Assembly: GCA_002269645.1 (NCBI GenBank)
Contig: NIVC01002347.1
Coordinates: 1-46,856 of the forward strand
DNA: 46,856 nucleotides
Reading direction: 5' to 3'
DNA from: Macrostomum lignano
Taxonomy: Eukaryota
This document shows positions 21,854 through 34,500 of the stretch, piece after piece. The notes under the pieces are model-generated. The model saw only the letters and a list, made by a program, of their open reading frames with translations, did no database searches and was not told the origin of the DNA. The first letter of the stretch is position 1. Each line of letters opens with the position of its first letter. The position numbers and the translations under genes were made by a program.

Positions 21854-24290
21854 ATGTTTGACATGGTGGCTCTTTTATGTTCTACATGGCAACTCTTTTA
21901 TGTTTGAAACGATGGCTTTTTAATGTCTGACATGGTGGCTCTTTTATGTTTGACACAGTGGCCCTTTAATGTTCGACAAAGTGGCTATTTAATGTTTGAC
22001 AAGGTGGCTTTTAAATGTTTGACATGGTGGCTCCTTAATGTTCGAAATGGTGGCTCTTTAATGTATGACATAAAGACACATATATAATTGACCTGGTGGC
22101 TCTTAAATGTTTGACATGGTGGCTCTTTATTGTTTGACATAGTGGCTCTTTAATGATCGACAAAGTGGCTCTTTAATGTTCTTCATGGTATAGCTCTTTT
22201 ATGTTCGACATGGTGGCTCTTAAATGTTTGACATGGTGGCTCTTTAATGTTAGAAATGGTGGCTCTTTTGTTTGACATGGTGGCTCTTTAATATTCTACA
22301 TTGTGGCTCTTAAGTGTTCGAAATGGTGGATCTTTTAGGTTTGACATGATGGCTGTTTAATGTTTGACATGGTAGCTCTTTTATGTTGACATGGTAGCTC
22401 TTTTAGGTTTAACATGGTGGCTGTTTAATGTTTGACATGGTAGCTCTTTTATGTTGACATGGTAGCTCTTTTAGGTTTGACATGGTGGCTGTTTAATGTT
22501 CAACATAGTGGCTCTTTAATATTCTACATGGTGGCTCTTTTATGTTTAACATGGTGGCTCTTTTGTTTTACATGGTGGCTCTTTAATGTTTGACATAAAG
22601 TCACTTATATGTTCGAAATGGTGGCTCTTTAATATTTTACATTGTGGCTCTTAAGTGTTCGACATGGTGGCTCTTTTTGGTTTGACATGGTGGCTCTTTT
22701 ATGCTTGATATGGTGGCTCTCTAATGTTTAACATGGTGACTTTTAATGTTAGACATGGTGGCTCTTTAATGTTCGACATGGTTGCTCTTTGATATTCGAC
22801 AGGGTGGCTCTTAAATGTTTGATATGGTGGCTCTTTATGTTTGACATGTTGGCTCTTTTGTGTTTGACATGGTGGCTCTTTCATGTTTGACATGGTGGCT
22901 CTTTTTTGTTGAAATGGTGGCTCTTTTTTGTTCTACATGGTAACTCTTTTATATCTGATACGGTGGCTTTTTTAATGTCTGACATGTTGGCTCTTTTATG
23001 TTTGACATAGTGGCTCTTTAATGTTCAAAATGGTGGCTCTTTTATGTTTGACATGGTGGCTCTTTAATGATTGACATGGTGGCTCTTTTATGTTCGACAT
23101 GGTGGCTCTTTAATGTTCGAAATGGTGGCTTTTTAATGTTCAAAATAGTGGCTCTTTTATGTTCGACATGGTGGCTCTTTAATGTTCGAAATGGTGGCTC
23201 TTTAATGTACGACATAATGGCTCTTTAATGTTTGAAAATGTGGCTTTTGAATGTTTGACATGTTGGCTCTTTAATGTTTGACATGGTAGCTCTGTTATGT
23301 TCGACATGGTGGCTCTTTAATATTCTTCATGTTATAGCTCTTTCATGTTTGACATGGTGGCTCTTTAATGTTCGAAATAGTGGTTCTTTAATGTTCGAAA
23401 TGGTGGCTCTTTAATGTTTGACACAAAGTCACATTTATGTTTGACATGGTGGCTCCTAAATGTTTGACATGTTGGCTCTTTTATGTTTGACATGTTGGCT
23501 CTTTTATGTTTGACATAGTGGCTCTTTGATGTTCGAAATAGTGGCTCTTTTATGGTCGACATGGTGGCTCTTTAATGTTCGAAATGGTGGCTCTTTAATG
23601 TTCGAAAAAGTGGCTCTTTTATGTTCGACATGGTGGCTCTTTAATGTTCGAAATGGTGGCTGTTTAATGTTCGAAATGGTGGCTCTTTTATATTTGACAT
23701 AAAGTCACTTATATGTTTTACATGGTGCCTCTTAAATATTAGACATGGTGGCTCGTTTAGGTTTGACATGGTGGCTCTTTTATGTTTGACATGTTGGCTC
23801 TTTAATGTTCGACATGGTGGCTCTTCTATGTTCGAAATGGTGGCTTTTTAATGTTCAAAATAGTGGCTCTTTTATGTTCGACATGGTGGCTCTTTAATGT
23901 TCGAAATGGTGGCTCTTTAATGTACGACATAATGGCTCTATAATGTTTGACAATGTGGCTTTTGAATGTTTGACATGGTGGCTCTTTAATGTTTGACATG
24001 GTAGCTCTGTTATGTTCGACATGGTGGCTCTTTAATGTTTGACACAAAGTCACATTTATGTTTGACATGGTGGCTCCTAAATGTTTGACATGGTGGCTCT
24101 TTATGTTTGACATGTTGGCTCTTTTATGTTTGACATGTTGGCTCTTTTATGTTTGACATAGTGGCTCTTTGATGTTCGAAATAGTGGCTCTTTTATGGTC
24201 GACATGGTGGCTCTTTAATGTTCGACATGGTGGCTCTTTAATGTTCGAAATGGTGGCTGTTTAATGTTCGAAATGGTGGCTCTTTTATGT
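21854..24290. repeat. 23-bp minisatellite (GACATGGTGGCTCTTTAATGTTT)n within H1, diverged monomers
   Basis: 23-bp period. Internal duplication of about 715 bp (23136 versus 23851). Confidence 0.95.
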
Positions 24291-24338
24291 TTAGCAGTTT
24301 CGTGTTTTTAAGGTGTTTTAATAAAAAAAATCTTTTTT

Positions 24339-24401
24339 GCACTACTGAGATTCGAACCCAGGTCGCTACATTAGCATTCCAGTCTGTTCGCATCAGGGCT
24401 A
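24339..24401 (-). pseudogene. Degenerate tRNA-like cassette inside H1
   Basis: T-arm CTGGG-TTCGAAT-CTCAG with B box, TGCTAAT loop-like motif, downstream T8 run. Confidence 0.5.
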
Positions 24402-25129
24402 TCTTTTTTCAATTGGAGAACATGAATTGTGGCCCTTATAATTCAATTCTTACAGCAAGTCAATTAAAGTAAAAAGTTATGACATAATCAATTTCTCAGT
24501 CAGCCAGTATCAGTCTCAGTTCAAGTTAGCAATATTGGTTACGCAATTTAAATCAAGTCGTGTGTGCATTTTTCGACACTGTTTTCAACTTGTTGTGATG
24601 CAATCTTTATCAGAATTGAAATTCAGTCAGTCAGTTTTTTCTCTAGCATTCTTGCAATGCATTTCAAGTCGAAAATTTTGCTTGACCTTTGCAAAAAAGC
24701 ATGTTTTTCGAATATTTAATCCCTTTAGAATTGAGCAATTTCTTAGCCAAGATGCATGTACCGTCCCAGGAAAATTTCTGATCGAATGGTGCAAGTTTGA
24801 AGAAAATCGGTTGAGCCAATTTTTCTGAAATCTATCGCATACCTACCCACATACATACATACAGACAACTCATTTTTAGTATATAGGACTAGCAATCTAG
24901 TGCGGCCCCCTTCGGGGCGCCCAATAAGAAAGGAGCAAAAATAGTTCATGGAAAACAATAAAAAAACACATTTTCTTAAACACCAATTCCTTCTTCACAT
25001 TTAAAAAATCACCTTATTCGTGTAAAATTGTCACGGACTAAGATGTTTGCAAAATTAAAAAATCATTTTTTCTCTAAAATTAACAAACAGTCAACAAAAT
25101 ATCGTTTCCCTAAATAGAAAATATTCCCA

Positions 25130-25545
25130 AGACAGCAAGCAACCCCCTCCAAAAGTGAACAATCGCAGATAGCAAGCATCCTCTAATGCTCATAGCAAGA
25201 ATCACCACAGATAGCAAGCATCTGCAGATTAGCAAGCACCCCCCAGATGATATAGAAGCATCCACCCAGATAGCAAGCATTCTGCAGATAGCAAGCACCC
25301 CCCAGATATTATAGAAGCATCCTGCAGATAGCAAGCACCCCCAGATATTATAGAAGCATCCTGCAGATAGCAAGCAACCCCCAGATATTATAGAAGCATC
25401 CACCCAGATAGCAAGCATCCTGCAGATAGCAAGAATCCCTAAATAGCAAGCATCCCTGGATAGAAAGAATCCCATGCATGTGCCAGTACCCCTCTCCCAA
25501 ATAGCAAGTATCCCCCTCGAGAGCAAGCATCCACGAGACAGCAAG
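25130..25545. repeat. Diverged 18-bp family array within H2
   Basis: AGATAGCAAGCA(T/C)CC units with a local ~40-bp dimer (cagatattatagaagcatcctgcagatagcaagcacccc). Confidence 0.9.
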
Positions 25546-25569
25546 TAGCTAGTGCAAATGTTACTTCCG

Positions 25570-28500
25570 CTAATGCAATAATCGCTTTCTCAGGTTGTGC
25601 AACAATCCACGTCTCAGCGAGCACAATAATCTCTTTTTTAGACAGCGCAGTAATCAGCTTCTCAGCTAGTGCAATAATCCTTGGTTTATTAATAGCAATA
25701 ATCCTTGATTAATCAAGTGCAATAATCCTTGGTTTATCAAGTGCAATAATCCTTGGTTTATCAAGTGCAGTAATCTTTGGCTTATCAAGTGCAATAATCC
25801 TTGGTTTATCAAGTGCAATAATCCTTTGTTTATCAAGTGCAATAATCCTTGGTTTATCAAGTGCAATAATCCTTGGTTTATCAAGTGCAATAATCCTTGG
25901 TTTATTAAGTGCAATAATCCTTGGTTTATCAAGTGCAAAATTCCTTAGTTTATTAAGTGCAATAATCCTTGGTTTATCAAGTGCAATAATCCTTGCTTTA
26001 TCTAGCGCAGTAATCCTTGGCTTATCAAGTGCAATAATCCTTGGTTTATCAAGTGCAATAATCCTTGGCTTATCAACTGCAATAATCCTTGGTTTATCAA
26101 GTGAAATAATCCTTGGTTTATCAAGTGCAATAATCCTTGGCTTATCAACTGCAATAATCCTTGGTTTATCAAGTGCAATAATCCTTTGTTTATCAAGCGC
26201 AGTAATCCTTGGCCTATCAAGTGCAATATTTGTTTATCAAGTGCAATAATCCTTGGTTTATCAAGTGAAATAATCCTTGGTTTATCAAGCGCAGTAATCT
26301 TTGGCCTATCAAGTGCAATAATACTTGGTTTATCAAGTGCAGTAATCCTTGGCCTATCAAGTGCAATAATTCTTGGTTTAACAAGTGCAATAGTCCTTGG
26401 TTTATCGAGTGTAGTAATCCTTAGTTTTCCAAGTGCAGAAATCCTTGGTTTATTAAGAGCAATAATCCTTGGCTTATCGAGTGCAGTAATCCTTGGTTTG
26501 CCAAGAGCAATAATCCTTGGTTTATCGAGTGCAGTAATCCTTAGTTTTCTAAGTGCAGTAATCCTTGGTTTATTAACAGCAATAATCCTTGGCTTATCGA
26601 GTGCAGTAATCGTTGGTTTGCCAAGAGCAATAATCCTTGGTTTATCGAGTGCAGTAATCCTTAGTTTTCCAAGTGCAGTAATCCTTGGTTTATTAAGAGC
26701 AATAATCCTTGGTTTATCGAGTGCAGTAGTCCTTGGTTTATTAATAGCAATAATCCTTGAATAATCCAGCGCAATAATCCTTGGTTTATCAAGTGCAATA
26801 ATCCTTGGTTTATCAAGTGCAGTATTCCTTGGCCTATCAAGTGCAATATTCCTTGGTTTATCAAGTGCAATAATCCTTGGTTTATTAAGTGCAATAATCC
26901 TTGGTTTATCAAGTGCAATAATCCTTGGTTTATCTAGCGCAATAATCCTTGGCTTATCAAGTGCAATAATCCTTGGTTTATCAAGTGCAGTAATCCTTGG
27001 CCTATCAAGTGCAATAATCCTTGGTTTATCAAATGAAATAATCCTTGGTTTATCAAGTGCAATAATCCTTGGTTTATCAAGTGAAATAATCCTTGGTTTA
27101 TCAAGTGCAATAATACTTGGTTTATTAAGAGCAATAATCCTTGGCTTATCGAGTGCAGTAATCCTTGGTTTATCAAGTGCAATAATCCTTGGCTTATCAA
27201 GTGCAATAATCCTTGGTTTATCAAGTGCAATAATCCTTGGTTTATCAAGCGCAGTAATCCTTGGCCTATCAAGTGCAATAATCCTTGGCTTATCAAGTGC
27301 AATAATCCTTGGTTTATCGAGTGCAGTAATCCTTAGTTTTCCAAGTGCAGTAATCCTTGGTTTATTAAGAGCAATAATCCTTGGCTTATCGAGTGCAGTA
27401 GTCCTTGGTTTATTAATAGCAATAATCCTTGAATAATCCAGTGCATTAATCCTTGGCTTATCAAGTGCAACATTCTTTACTATCAAGTGCAATAATCCAT
27501 GGCTTATCAAGCGCTGTAATCCTTGGCTTATCAAGTGCAATAATCCTTGGTTTATCAAGTGCAATAATCCTTGGTTTATCAAGCGCAGTAATCCTTGGTT
27601 TATCAAGTGCAGTAATCCTTGGCTTATCAAGTGCAATAATCCTTGGTTTATCAAGTGCAATAATCCTTGGTTTATCAAGCGCAGTAATCCTTGGCCTATC
27701 AAGTGCAATAATCCTTGGCTTATCAAGTGCAATAATCCTTGGTTTATCGAGTGCAGTAATCCTTAGTTTTCCAAGTGCAGTAATCCTTGGTTTATTAAGA
27801 GCAATAATCCTTGGCTTATCAAGTGCAATAATCCTTGGTTTATCAAGTGCAGTAATCCTTGGCTTATCAAGTGCAATAATCCTTGGTTTATCAAGTGCAG
27901 TAATCCTTGGCCTATCAAGTGCAATAATCCTTGGTTTATCAAATGAAATAATCCTTGGTTTATCAAGTGCAATAATCCTTGGCTTATCAACTGCAATAAT
28001 CCTTGGTTTATCAAGTGCATCAATCCCTTGGTTTATCAAGTGCAAATCCTTGGCTTTATCAAGTGCAATAATCCTTGGTTTATCAAGTGCAATAATCCTT
28101 GGTTTATCAAGTGCAATAATCCTTGGTTTATCAAGTGCAGTAATCCTTGGTTTATCAAGTGCAATAATCCTTGGTTTATCAAGTGCAGTAATCCTTGGCT
28201 TATCAAGTGCAATAATCCTTGGTTTATCAAGTGCAATAATCCTTGGTTTATCAAGTGCAATAATCCTTGGTTTATCAAATGCAATAATCCTTGGTTTATC
28301 AAGTGCAATAATCCTTGGTTTATCAACTGCAATAATCCTTGGTTTATCAAGTGCAATAATCCTTGGTTTATCAAGTGCAGTAATCCTTGGCTTATCAAGT
28401 GCAATAATCCTTGGTTTATCAAGTGCAATAATCCTTGGTTTATCAAGTGCAATAATCCTTGGTTATCAAGTGCAATAATCCTTGGTTTATCAAGTGCAAA

Positions 28501-31500
28501 TCCTTGTTTATCAAGTGCAATAATCCTTGGTTTATCAAGTGCAAATAATCCTTGGTTTATCAAGTGCAATAATCCTTGGTTTATCAAGTGCAATAATCCT
28601 TGGTTTATCGAGTGCAATAATCCTTGGTTTATCAAGTGCAATAATCCTTGGCCTTTCAAGTGCAATAATCCTTGGCTTATCAAGTGCAATAATCCTTGAT
28701 TTATCGAGTGCAGTAATCCTTAGTTTTCCAAGTGCAGTAATCCTTGGTTTATTAAGAGCAATAATCCTTGGCTTATCGAGTGCAGTAGTCCTTGGTTTAT
28801 TAATAGCAATAATCCTTGAATAATCCAGTGCATTAATCCTTGGCTTATCAACTACAATAATCCTTGGTTTATCAAGTGCAATAATCCTTGGTTTATCAAG
28901 CGCAGTAATCCTTGGCCTATCAAGTGCAATAATCCTTGGCTTATCAAGTGCAATAATCCTTGGTTTATCGAGTGCAGTAATCCTTAGTTTTCCAAGTGCA
29001 GTAATCCTTGGTTTATTAAGAGCAATAATCCTTGGCTTATCGAGTGCAGTAGTCCTTGGTTTATTAATAGCAATAATCCTTGAATAATCCAGTGCATTAA
29101 TCCTTGGCTTATCAAGTGCAACATTCTTTACTATCAAGTGCAATAATCCATGGCTTATCAAGCGCTGTAATCCTTGGCTTATCAAGTGCAATAATCCTTG
29201 GTTTATCAAGTGCAATAATCCTTGGCTTATCAAGTGCAATAATCCTTGGTTTATCAAGTGCAATAATCCTTGGTTTATCAAGTGCAATAATCCTTGGTTT
29301 ATCAAGTGCAATAATCCTTGGTTTATCAAGCGCAGTAATCCTTGGCCTATCAAGTGCAGTAATCCTTGGCTTATCAAGTGCAATAATCCTTGGTTTATCA
29401 AGTGCAAAAGTTGTTTATCAAGTGCAATAATCCTTGGTTTATCAAGTGCAATAATCCTTGGTTTATCAAGCGCAGTAATCCTTGGCTTATCAAGTGCAAT
29501 AATCCTTGGTTTATCAAGTGCAAAAGTTGTTTATCAAGTGCAATAATCCTTGGTTTATCAAGTGCAATAATCCTTGGTTTATCAAGTGCAAAAGTTGTTT
29601 ATCAAGTGCAATAATCCTTGGTTTATCAAGTGCAATAATCCTTGGTTTATCAAGCGCAGTAATCCTTGGCTTATCAAGTGCAATAATCCTTGGTTTATCA
29701 AGTGCAAAAGTTGTTTATCAAGTGCAATAATCCTTGGTTTATCAAGCGAAATAATCCTTGGTTTATCAAGTGCAATAATCCTTGGTTTATTAAGAGCAAT
29801 AATCCTTGGCTTATCGAGTGCAGTAATCCTTGGTTTATCAAGTGCAATAATCCTTGGCTTATCAAGTGCAATAATCCTTGGTTTATCAAGTGCAATAATC
29901 CTTGGTTTATCAAGCGCAGTAATCCTTGGCCTTTCAAGTGCAATAATCCTTGGCTTATCAAGTGCAATAATCCTTGGTTTATCGAGTGCAGTAATCCTTA
30001 GTTTTCCAAGTGCAGTAATCCTTGGTTTATTAAGAGCAATAATCCTTGGCTTATCGAGTGCAGTAGTCCTTGGTTTAATAATAGCAATAATCCTTGAATA
30101 ATCCAGTGCATTAATCCTTGGCTTATCAAGTGCAACATTCTTTATTATCAAGTGCAATAATCCATGGCTTATCAAGCGCTGTAATCCTTGGCTTATCAAG
30201 TGCAATAATCCTTGGTTTATCAAGTGCAATAATCCTTGGCTTTTCAAGTGCAATAATCCTTGGTTTATCAAGTGCAATAATCCTTGGCTTATCGAGTGCA
30301 GTAATCCTTGGTTTATCAAGTGAAATAATCCTTGGCTTATCAAGTGCAATAATCCTTGGTTTATCAAGTGAAATAATCCTTGGTTTATCAAGTGCAATAA
30401 TCCTTGGCTTATCAAGTGCAATAATCCTTGGTTTATCAAGTGCAATAATCCTTGGTTTATCAAGCGCAGTAATCCTTGGCCTATCAAGTGCAATAATCCT
30501 TGGCTTATCAAGTGCAATAATCCTTGGTTTATCAAGCGCAGTAATCCTTGGCCTATCAAGTGCAATAATCCTTGGCTTATCAAGTGCAATAATCCTTGGT
30601 TTATCGAGTGCAGTAATCCTTAGTTTTCCAAGTGCAGTAATCCTTGGTTTATTAAGAGCAATAATCCTTGGCTTATCGAGTGCAGTAATCCTTGGTTTAT
30701 CAAGTGAAATAATCCTTGGCTTATCAAGTGCAATAATTCTTGGTTTATCAAGTGAAATAATCCTTGGTTTATCAAGTGCAATAATCCTTGGCTTATCAAC
30801 TGCAATAATCCTTGGTTTATCAAGTGCAATAATCCTTGGTTTATCAAGCGCAGTAATCCTTGGCCTATCAAGTGCAATAATCCTTGGCTTATCAAGTGCA
30901 ATAATCCTTGGTTTATCGAGTGCAGTAATCCTTAGTTTTCCAAGTGCAGTAATCCTTGGTTTATTAAGAGCAATAATCCTTGGCTTATCGAGTGAAGTAA
31001 TCCTTGGTTTATCAAGTGAAATAATCCTTGGCTTATCAAGTGCAATAATCCTTGGCTTATCAAGTGCAATAATCCTTGTTTTATCAAGTGCAATAATCCT
31101 TGGTTTATCAAGCGCAGTAATCCTTGGCCTATCAAGTGCAGTAATCCTTGGCTTATCAAGTGCAATAATCCTTGGTTTATCAAGTGCAGTAATCCTTGGC
31201 CTATCAAGTGCAATAATCCTTGGTTTATCAAATGAAATAATCCTTGGTTTATCAAGTGCAATAATCCTTGGCTTATCAACTGCAATAATCCTTGGTTTAT
31301 CAAGTGCAATAATCCTTGGTTTATCAAGCGCAGTAATCCTTGGCTTATCAAGTGCAATAATCCTTGGTTTATCAAGTGCAAAAGTTGTTTATCAAGTGCA
31401 ATAATCCTTGGTTGATCAAGTGCAATAATCCTTGGTTTATCAAGCGCAGTAATCCTTGGCTTATCAAGTGCAATAATCCTTGGTTTATCAAGTGCAAAAG

Positions 31501-34500
31501 TTGTTTATCAAGTGCAATAATCCTTGGTTTATCAAGTGCAATAATCCTTGGTTTATCAAGTGCAATAATCCTTGGTTTATCAAGTGCAATAATCCTTGGT
31601 TTATCAAGCGCAGTAATCCTTGGTTTATCAAGTGCAATAATCCTTGGCTTATCAAGTGCAATAATCCTTGGTTTATCAGTGCAGTAATCCTTAGTTTTCC
31701 AAGTGCAGTAATCCTTGGTTTATTAAGAGCAATAATCCTTGGCTTGTCGAGTGCAGTAGTCCTTGGTTTATTAATAGCAATAATCCTTGAATAATCCAGT
31801 GCATTAATCCTTGGCTTATCAAGTGCAACATTCTTTATTATCAAGTGCAATAATCCATGGCTTATCAAGCGCTGTAATCCTTGGCTTATCAAGTGCAATA
31901 ATCCTTGGTTTATCAAGTGCAATAATCCTTGGCTTTCAAGTGCAATAATCCTTGGTTTATCAAGTGCAATAATCCTTGGCTTATCAAGTGCAATAATCCT
32001 TGGTTTATCAAGTGCAATAATCCTTGGTTTATCAAGCGCAGTAATCCTTGGCTTATCAAGTGCAATAATCCTTGGCTTTATCAAGTGCAATAATCCTTGG
32101 TTTATCAAGCGCAGTAATCCTTGGCCTATCAAGTGCAATAATCCTTGGCTTATCAAGTGCAATAATCCTTGGTTTATCAAGTGCAGTAATCCTTGTTTTC
32201 AAGTGCAATAATCCTTGGTTTATCAAGAGCAATAATCCTTGGCTTATCGAGTGCAGTAATCCTTGTTTATCAAGTGAAATAATCCTTGGTTTATCAAGTG
32301 CAATAATCCTTGGTTTATCAAGTGAAATAATCCTTGGTTTATCAAGTGCAATAATCCTTGGCTTATCAAGTGCAATAATCCTTGGTTTATCAAGTGCAAT
32401 AATCCTTGGTTTATCAAGCGCAGTAATCCTTGGCTATCAAGTGCAATAATCCTTGGCTTTATCAAGTGCAATAATCCTTGGTTTATCAAGCGCAGTAATC
32501 CTTGGCCTATCAAGTGCAATAATCCTTGGCTTATCAAGTGCAATAATCCTTGGTTTATCAGTGCAGTAATCCTTGTTTTCAAGTGCAATAATCCTTGGTT
32601 TATTAAGAGCAATAATCCTTGGCTTATCGAGTGCAGTAATCCTTGGTTTATCAAGTGCAATAATCCTTGGTTTATCAAGTGCAATAATCCTTGGCTTATC
32701 AAGTGAAATAATCCTTGGTTTATCAAGTGCAATAATCCTTGCCTTATCAAGTGCAATAATCCTTGTTTATCAAGTGCAATAATCCTTGGTTTATCAAGCG
32801 CAATAATCCTTGGCTTATCAAGTGCAATAATCCTTGGCTTATCAAGTGCAATAATCCTTGGTTTATCGAGTGCAGTAATCCTTGTTTTCAAGTGCAGTAG
32901 TCCTTGGTTTATTAATAGCAATAATCCTTGGTATCCAGTGCATAATCATTGGCTTATCAAGTGCAACATTCTTTACTATCAAGTGCAATAATCCTTGGTT
33001 TATCAAGCGCAGTAATCCTTGGCTTATCAAGTGCAATAATCCTTGGTTTATCAAGTGCAATAATCCTTGGTTTATCAAGCGCAGTAATCTTGGCCTATCA
33101 AGTGCAATAATCCTTGGCTTATCAAGTGCAATAATCCTTGGTTTATCAAGTGCAATAATCCTTGGTTTATCAAGCGCAGTAATCCTTGGTTTATCAAGTG
33201 AATAATCCTTGGCTTATCAACTGCAATAATCCTTGGTTTATCAAGTGAAATAATCCTTGGTTTATCAAGTGCAATAATCCTTGGCTTATCAATGCAATAA
33301 TCCTTGGTTTATCAAGTGCAATAATCCTTGGTTTATCAAGCGCAGTAATCCTTGGCCTATCAAGTGCAATAATCCTTGGCTTATCAAGTGCAATAATCCT
33401 TGGTTTATCGAGTGCAGTAATCCTTAGTTTTCCAAGTGCAGTAATCCTTGGTTTATTAAGAGCAATAATCCTTGGCTTATCGAGTGCAGTAATCCTTGGT
33501 TTATCAAGTGAAATAATCCTTGGCTTATCGAGTGCAGTAATCCTTGGTTTATCAAGTGAAATAATCCTTGGCTTATCAAGTGCAATAATCCTTGGCTTAT
33601 CAAGTGCAATAATCCTTGGTTTATCAAGTGCAATAATCCTTGGTTTATCAAGCGCAGTAATCCTTGGCCTATCAAGTGCAGTAATCCTTGGCTTATCAAG
33701 TGCAATAATCCTTGGTTTATCAAGTGCAGTAATCCTTGGCCTATCAAGTGCAATAATCCTTGGTTTATCAAATGAAATAATCCTTGGTTTATCAAGTGCA
33801 ATAATCCTTGGCTTATCAACTGCAATAATCCTTGGTTTATCAAGTGCAATAATCCTTGGTTTATCAAGCGCAGTAATCCTTGGCTTATCAAGTGCAATAA
33901 TCCTTGGTTTATCAAGTGCAAAAGTTGTTTATCAAGTGCAATAATCCTTGGTTTATCAAGTGCAAAAGTTGTTTATCAAGTGCAGTAATCCTTGGCTTAT
34001 CAAGTGCAATAATCCTTGGTTTATCAAGTGCAAAAGTTGTTTATCAAGTGCAATAATCCTTGGTTTATCAAGCGAAATAATCCTTGGTTTATCAAGTGCA
34101 ATAATCCTTGGTTTATTAAGAGCAATAATCCTTGGCTTATCGAGTGCAGTAATCCTTGGTTTATCAAGTGCAATAATCCTTGGCTTATCAAGTGCAATAA
34201 TCCTTGGTTTATCAAGTGCAATAATCCTTGGTTTATCAAGCGCAGTAATCCTTGGCCTTTCAAGTGCAATAATCCTTGGCTTATCAAGTGCAATAATCCT
34301 TGGTTTATCGAGTGCAGTAATCCTTAGCCTTTTCCAAGTGCAGTAATCCTTGGTTTATTAAGAGCAATAATCCTTGGCTTGTCGAGTGCAGTAGTCCTTG
34401 GTTTATTAATAGCAATAATCCTTGAATAATCCAGTGCATTAATCCTTGGCTTATCAAGTGCAACATTCTTTATTATCAAGTGCAATAATCCATGGCTTAT

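Larger units (their letters stand above)
21169..24888 (-). mobile_element. Non-autonomous Helitron-like element H1 (3.7 kb) carrying 18-bp and 23-bp arrays
   Basis: Minus strand begins TCCTATATACTAAAAATG at 24888 and ends CCCCCAACGGGGG hairpin (21195-21183) + CGAAGATTG + CTAG (21172-21169), followed by T. No TSD, no TIR, no RepHel ORF. Confidence 0.8.

Noticed and set aside
24339-24401. Functional tRNA gene
   Set aside because: The acceptor and anticodon stems do not pair, so it is kept only as a tRNA-like pseudogene cassette.
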